A stretch of 64,000 nucleotides of DNA. Origin: Flaccisagitta enflata. Taxonomy: Eukaryota. The stretch is taken from positions 13,702,001 to 13,766,000 of the forward strand of contig OZ231126.1 of assembly GCA_965153355.1 (NCBI GenBank). Direction: 5' to 3'. Positions 57,621 through 64,000 of this stretch are shown piece by piece. Every line of letters starts with the position of its first letter. The stretch's first letter is position 1. Both the position numbers and the translations under genes were made by a program. The notes beneath the pieces are model-generated. The model was not told the DNA's origin and ran no database searches. It saw only the letters and a list, made by a program, of their open reading frames with translations.

Positions 57621-58390
57621 AACTCCTGCTTCTAGAGTCTCCCCAAAATATTGAGCTTCATATCAATCAAAAATATTGCCAGATTTAGTTAGAGCATCAA
57701 AAAATCTTCAGTTTGGTTACAAATTTCATCTAAATTGGTCCCTCCAAAGCGGAGATATATTAAGAATTGTAAAAAATGTCAAAATTGACCACCTAGTTCA
57801 TCTGATAAAATAACCCTCATACCCTTCCATCTTTGAAAAGCTCTCAAATCTTAACAATAAATGATAGCAACATGCAGATTGCACCACTGGTTAGCTCTTG
57901 AGTTCTAGTTTCATAATCTCATGGATTTTGGTTCCAATTTCAAACGCAAAGTGGCTCAATTTTGAGCCCAAAGCGACCAAATTGCAACATTTTCACCACA
58001 ACCACCTTACAGTTGTGATAAATGAAGGGAAATCGACAGTTGATTTTATCAAGCTAAGATGATGAAATTTGTATTTTAGGCTCAGTACATCATGTATTAA
58101 AAACAAAAAGGCTGAAAATAAGTGATATCTAAGTATTACCGTGCTTGAAGAAACGTAATGGACGTGAGTAAGATTGAGGAGGAAGGCGAGAAATAGAATA
58201 AGGGGAACCAACAGTTGACGTCAACGAGCAAGTTTTAAAAGAGAGGGGGAATCGCGGTTATTAAGACAGGGGATATTTATAAAATGTACATTGTCGGAAA
58301 CGCGTCGGTGAAGGGGAGTCGGAAGAAGTGACAACTTCCCCAGAAACGACTTCCCCAAATACCATACCAGAGTGACGATGGATGAATGTT

Positions 58391-59548
58391 TTAGCATTCA
58401 TCCTCTGATGAACTTTCTGAGTTGTTACGATCATGCCGGCTTTTGCGATTTTTATTGTAACGATATTTGTTGTCGTAGCGATGAGAACGGGATTGGTTGT
58501 TGTACTCGCGGGAACGGTTGGCGTAATCGTGGGAATGGCCATCGTAATCACGGGAACGGTCATCGTAATCACGGGAACGGCCATCATAATCGCGGGAACG
58601 GCCATCGTAATTGCGGGAGCGGCCATTGTTATCGCGGGAGCGGCCATCGTAATCGCGGGAGTGGCCATCGTAATCGCGGGAGTGGCCATCGTAATCGCGG
58701 TAGTGGCCATCGTAATCGCGGGGGCGGCTGTCATTATAACTGTCACGAGGATAGCGTCCATCATGGCGTCCAGCGAGGGCACGTGGTCGGCGTCCATGAT
58801 CGCGTGGTTGGCGACCAGTATGATCGTCATTGTCGCTATCCGAAGATGAATGACAACTTAGATACTGGAGCTCAGATTGGAGTTCATCCATCTGGAGACG
58901 ACATGCCTTAAAGGATGTTTCTAAGGCGTCAAGGCCATCGTGAAAAACAGCCACCGCTGATGCACTGGCAGTGTCAGCAGGCGATTGGGCAACCACCGGT
59001 TTTTGATCGGCGAGGGACGTTTGGAGGCGAAGCGCAATCTTTTTGGTGTTGTCGATGGACATTGCATCCTCGTCGCAACCAAGGTTGATTTCCTGACGGT
59101 AGTTCTGCGGCAAAGCTCCTCTGAACCGAAAGAAGAATTTGTCCTCCCAGTTGTCTGGTTTTTCGTGGATCATGACAGCATTTTTGACCCTCGTCGCCAG
59201 GGCATGAAAGCTTTCCTTTCCATCCCATTTGATGGAATTCTTATTGATTCGCCAGTTGTATTTCTCCTGTGGATGGATGAGCAGGCTTTGCAACTCAACT
59301 TTGAGTTCGTTCCAATCATCTTTGGTGCAGCTTTTAAGGACGTCACGAGCTGTTGCATCCAGCTTGAGTGGTAGCCACTGTCTGCAGAGGAAATTTTGGC
59401 GATCTGGTGTTGTTGCGCCTGTTGCGACGATAACTCCACCTTCGAGTAACGGAAGCCATTCGCTCATAACATGGACACCAGATTGGTAGTTCTCCACCGG
59501 GATGGATGTTGCTGGTGTTTCATTTTCGTCTGGCGCTGGATCCGGCAT
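58391..59548 (-). CDS. gag: Retrotransposon Gag-like protein (385 aa) with C-terminal 7-aa R/D/Y/G/S repeats
   Basis: Intronless ORF about 570 nt downstream of LTR/PBS; capsid-like patterns (DWNELKVELQSLL, WDGKESFHALATRV, FRFRGALP), coiled-coil-like segment, 11 x RDYDG[HR]S; no CCHC knuckle. Confidence 0.72.
   Translation of the reverse strand: MPDPAPDENETPATSIPVENYQSGVHVMSEWLPLLEGGVIVATGATTPDRQNFLCRQWLPLKLDATARDVLKSCTKDDWNELKVELQSLLIHPQEKYNWRINKNSIKWDGKESFHALATRVKNAVMIHEKPDNWEDKFFFRFRGALPQNYRQEINLGCDEDAMSIDNTKKIALRLQTSLADQKPVVAQSPADTASASAVAVFHDGLDALETSFKACRLQMDELQSELQYLSCHSSSDSDNDDHTGRQPRDHGRRPRALAGRHDGRYPRDSYNDSRPRDYDGHYRDYDGHSRDYDGHSRDYDGRSRDNNGRSRNYDGRSRDYDGRSRDYDDRSRDYDGHSHDYANRSREYNNQSRSHRYDNKYRYNKNRKSRHDRNNSESSSEDEC
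58490..58720 (-). repeat. 21-bp coding tandem repeat (11 units) in gag
   Basis: Plus-strand unit GGCCATCGTAATCGCGGGA[A/G][C/T]; encodes RDYDG[H/R]S. Confidence 0.9.
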
Positions 59549-60115
59549 TTTGATAAAAGTTCACCGGCGTTTCCAATGTTTGAATGTTTTAAAATGAATG
59601 TTTTTGTTAGAACAAGAGTTTCAAATAAGAACAATATGATCATTAACTAAAAACAAAACCCTAAAGCACGACTGGGGCCCCAAAAATCAAAGTCATAATT
59701 TCGTGGCGCTGTTCCGTGGGAAAGGAGACGAAATCCACTGGTGTTCCACAAGCCTGCACCTGATCCCTCACGGCTGCAGGGTCGAAGTTATCGGCGGGAC
59801 AAGTATACTAAACAGCAGAGGACGTGTGAAGAAGGAAGGATTACCAGCTGGGTTTTAAGGGAGACGGCTTGCATACCAGGCAGCGACAGGTACACAGGTC
59901 GGGCACACTGCCACAAGGAGAAGACCTCGAAGGGCTGCGTTCTAGGCGTTCAGCCCAAACACTGAGGGACTCCCGAGTGCTCTTAGCGGGAATATTTGAG
60001 CAGGCACTTTGGAACTTGACGTAAAATCGTGATTGTCCAGCAATCCCCAAATATAGTCGCCAACTTGACAAAGACTGACTCGGAATATGGTTAGGGTAGT
60101 ACAGGGGCTCAAATT

Positions 60116-60128
60116 GGCCGATGTACCA
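60116..60128 (-). promoter_or_regulatory. Primer binding site, tRNA-Gly-like
   Basis: TGGTACATCGGCC versus the recalled complement of the tRNA-Gly(GCC) 3' end, TGGTGCATCGGCC (one mismatch). Confidence 0.6.
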
Positions 60129-60130
60129 GC

Positions 60131-60626
60131 TGTAAGGGACAAAATCTTGCATACCCTCACACTTCCAAGCGCAAGCCCATCCTCACCATGACGAAGCGGT
60201 CCTTGGTCTAGGAAGGGTTACTTGGGGCGCTTGGGCATGCCTGCTTTGTCTTGAAGGAAGAAGGAGTCTGTTGGATATTGATGGAATTGTATTGCATCTA
60301 GGAGAGGGAACAGGCTCAAAGTAGTTACGGTGCTGATGGTTGATAAACGGTGTTGATCATTGAAGACTACGCGGACAGCTATACTACCCTATACAGGGGC
60401 CCCAGTGATACCTCATACAATGTAAGGAGAAGGAGAGAATATGGTTATTGATGCATCGGTATATAAGAATGACAATATGGTTAATGATTACTGGGACTGA
60501 TATTATGACAGTGTAAGAGCTAACAATGATTGAAGCTATGACTACTTCACGGTAATATTCATCAGATTCTTCCATGGCATTGATAGAGTCCAGCCATGCT
60601 ACTTATACAGGTTTTCATCCCTTACA
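60131..60626 (-). repeat. 5' LTR (496 bp)
   Basis: TG...CA ends with a 9-bp inverted repeat TGTAAGGGA/TCCCTTACA, followed after 2 nt by a PBS. Confidence 0.75.
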
Positions 60627-60745
60627 CTACTAGATAGCCTATCAAAATTTTTAGTATGAAGGATATCAGCTAGGCACTGAATCCCAAGTAATGTGTTACA
60701 ACAGCTTCTATCATAAAAAAAAGGATTAGCATGATAAAAACAATA

Positions 60746-61580
<835 letters not shown>

Positions 61581-61705
61581 TATTTTTGCCTGTTACATCA
61601 TGAATTTCAGCTGGGCCGGTTTATTGTGGAAATGACCTGTAAAAAGTGTTAAAAGGCAAATGCATTTCTTCCACTGTCTCAATCATGAAGTGTGAACAGC
61701 CAATA

Positions 61706-62252
61706 CAGGGTGTTTCACATCAAATGAAATATAAGAAAACGATGTCATTTTGCTTCTGAAAATGAGGGAACAATTCTGAAAAAAAAACTCTTACACTCCG
61801 ATTTTTCATGTAAAAATTGCATGGGTCCAAGTTAAATAGTTTCGCCATAACATTGATGTGAAGAAAAATGAATATTCAGAGTCAATTTTCCTTCTTTCTT
61901 GGAAGTTTTCCTTCAAATTGTTCTCATTTCTAAACAGCTTGAGTTACAGATCCCAGATTGATCTCAAATTAAAGATATTTTTATTTTCTTTCATCTGAGT
62001 CCAATCTGGCAACTGTAGGTCCAACTGTTTTGAAGTAAGTGCAATTTAAAAAAAAAAACTTCTATGAAACAAAAATCATTGACAGTAAATATTCATTTTA
62101 CTTCAAATCCATGTTGTGGTCAGAGCAGTAAAATTTTTACATAAAATATCGGAGCTCAAGAGCTCTATGAATTTTTCTTCAAAATTGTTTTCTCATTTTT
62201 AGAATCATAATGGCATCGTTTTCTTATACTTCATTTGATGTGAAACGCCCTG
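61706..62252. mobile_element. Tc1/mariner-type MITE
   Basis: TA|CAGGGTGTTTCACATCAAATGAA ... TTCATTTGATGTGAAACGCCCTG|TA; related fragment near 29366-29560. Confidence 0.85.
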
Positions 62253-62878
62253 TAGATAAATGAGCTAAGCATCTTTTTAGTCGCACAACACTCTTCTTTC
62301 TTCTTTCTTTCTTATTTGGGCAGCAGTCCAAAACGGCCGATGTCCTGTAGAACACAGGGGTGAACCGTCATGTATGTCCAGTCATCCCCCCTAGGACTTA
62401 AGACCCAAATATCAGCCTCAAGGCCTAAATCCCAGCCTAGAGGCCCAAATCCTAGCCTGTTGTGTGTTGGGCCAATTCCCAGCCTAATGGCCCAAATCTC
62501 AGCCTGATGACCAAAATCGCAGTCTGGAGACCCAAATCTGAGCTTTGAGGCCCTCTTAGCCATTAGGCTCAAATCCCAGCCTTTGAGCCCAAATCCTAGC
62601 CTGTAGGATAAAAATCCTGTGTCCAGGCTCAAGCCACAGCTTAGTGATCCAAAACCCCCCAAAATAATTCAAATCCTAAACCAGTCCTCACAAGCCTAAA
62701 ATCAGTCAACCCTCCTGAAATCAGTCACAAACAGACAGACGTAACAGTTCACCCCTATATTCTACAGGACATTGTCTCTTTTGGGCCGCTGCCCTGCTCC
62801 CGCCTCACTATCATGAAACAGAAATAAAGCAGGGCATCGGGTACCGCTGGCCATATGCTATCCTTGGATGACTTATTT

Positions 62879-62941
<63 letters not shown>

Positions 62942-63054
62942 CTCTTTCTCTATTTCACTCATTACTCATTACAGTCTCTATCACTATCTTGAAACAGAAA
63001 TAAAGCAGGGCATTGGGTACCGCTGGCCATATGCGATCCTTGGATGACTTATTT

Positions 63055-63101
<47 letters not shown>

Positions 63102-63102
63102 C

Positions 63103-63141
<39 letters not shown>

Positions 63142-63162
63142 CTATTTCACTCATTACTCATT

Positions 63163-63269
<107 letters not shown>

Positions 63270-64000
63270 GTACTCTGTATCTCTCTGTATCTCTCTCACC
63301 CTCCCACCGACGTTTTTATTACTTTATTACTTACGCGTTTACAGTTCAGGTTATTTCCCTCTAAGTTAGCTCATATGGGTTGTGTTTTAAAGACATTCCC
63401 TCTAATTCTAAAAATACTCATTTTTGCCACAAAGATGCTAACGTCTGTCCTATGAAAGGTTAACAACTATCATTCAAACAGTGTATCAAGTGTTTTTTCC
63501 TACCTGTGATTTAATAAAAATCAATTCACTGAAAAGGCAATTAGCTGGTCAGGGGGGACACGTTCAACAACTAGAAATTGTAAAAGTACCAAAAAACAAA
63601 AAGAATTGCAAATAGAAAAACTTTCACGAACAAAAGAAAATTTTTAGTTTACGCATTTTCTTTAAAATCTTTATTTCAAAATGTTTTTTCAATTCGGTAT
63701 TTTAAGTAAATCAATTTTGAGGACAGAGAAATATTTTTTTACATACTTAGATATGCTCAAAAACTCTTCTGAGGCTCTACAAATGGTATTTGGAAAAATC
63801 GCAGTTCTGTAGCTCCTTAAGTTCCGAATGTAACTATTTTTGGACAGACGTTGTGATTTTAGAATCAACAGGTCGCCCAAGGGCAATATGTGGTCAGCGA
63901 TATCCATTGCCCGGCATTGCATGATTGTGAATTGGAGTGACAGAAAGCAGGGCAGCGCCCCAAAAGGAACAAAGTCTTGTAGAACACAGGAGTTCTTTCG

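Larger units (their letters stand above)
54519..58157. mobile_element. Non-autonomous TIR element with about 530-bp inverted arms and an 8-bp TSD, inserted in the LTR element
   Basis: ATGGACGT|TACGTTTCTTCAAGCACGG ... CCGTGCTTGAAGAAACGTA|ATGGACGT; contains nested HINE-like copies and a MITE. Confidence 0.85.
52695..60626 (-). mobile_element. LTR retrotransposon, apparently non-autonomous (gag only), 3' LTR truncated
   Basis: 5' LTR 60626-60131 reads TGTAAGGGA...TCCCTTACA; PBS TGGTACATCGGCC (60128-60116); gag; PPT GAGGGGAAG (52729-52721) followed by a 24-bp identical copy of the LTR start (52718-52695); no pol ORF seen. Confidence 0.75.

Noticed and set aside
58261-58911. Alternative-frame and antisense ORFs over gag (AITMA, HRNRG repeats)
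   Set aside because: Shadows of the 21-bp repeat; only the 385-aa frame has a non-repetitive domain and fits LTR orientation.
60040-60070. Alternative LTR end and PBS (TGTCA-AGT-TGGCGACT)
   Set aside because: The 60131 boundary gives a 9-bp inverted match to the LTR start and a better tRNA match.

Overview
Repeat-rich eukaryotic (invertebrate animal-like) genomic DNA with spliceosomal GT-AG introns; most ORFs in the track are microsatellite or transposon artefacts. Real genes assembled by hand: (1) an 11-exon type I (AnsA/ASPG-family) L-asparaginase (30709-39817, +, about 477 aa) with an N-terminal signal-peptide-like segment, no ankyrin tail, and a two-exon phase 1-1 kringle domain inserted inside its C-terminal domain; (2) a divergent, apparently ATD-less ionotropic glutamate receptor/IR-like gene (9194-12494, +); (3) the 3' exon of a tandem paralogue of it (2892-3214) with an in-frame TAA just before an intact last transmembrane helix; (4) a gag-like ORF (58391-59548, -) inside an apparently gag-only LTR retrotransposon with a tRNA-Gly-like PBS and a PPT. 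The rest is nested mobile DNA: DINE-1/Helentron-like elements (one carrying a 2.5-kb satellite), TA-flanked MITEs, TIR elements with 4-, 5- and 8-bp TSDs (one spanning 15 kb), a Transib-like MITE whose ends resemble 12-RSS signals, a TTAA-modular 891-bp tandem array, and many microsatellites. All calls come from reading the sequence; no searches were run.
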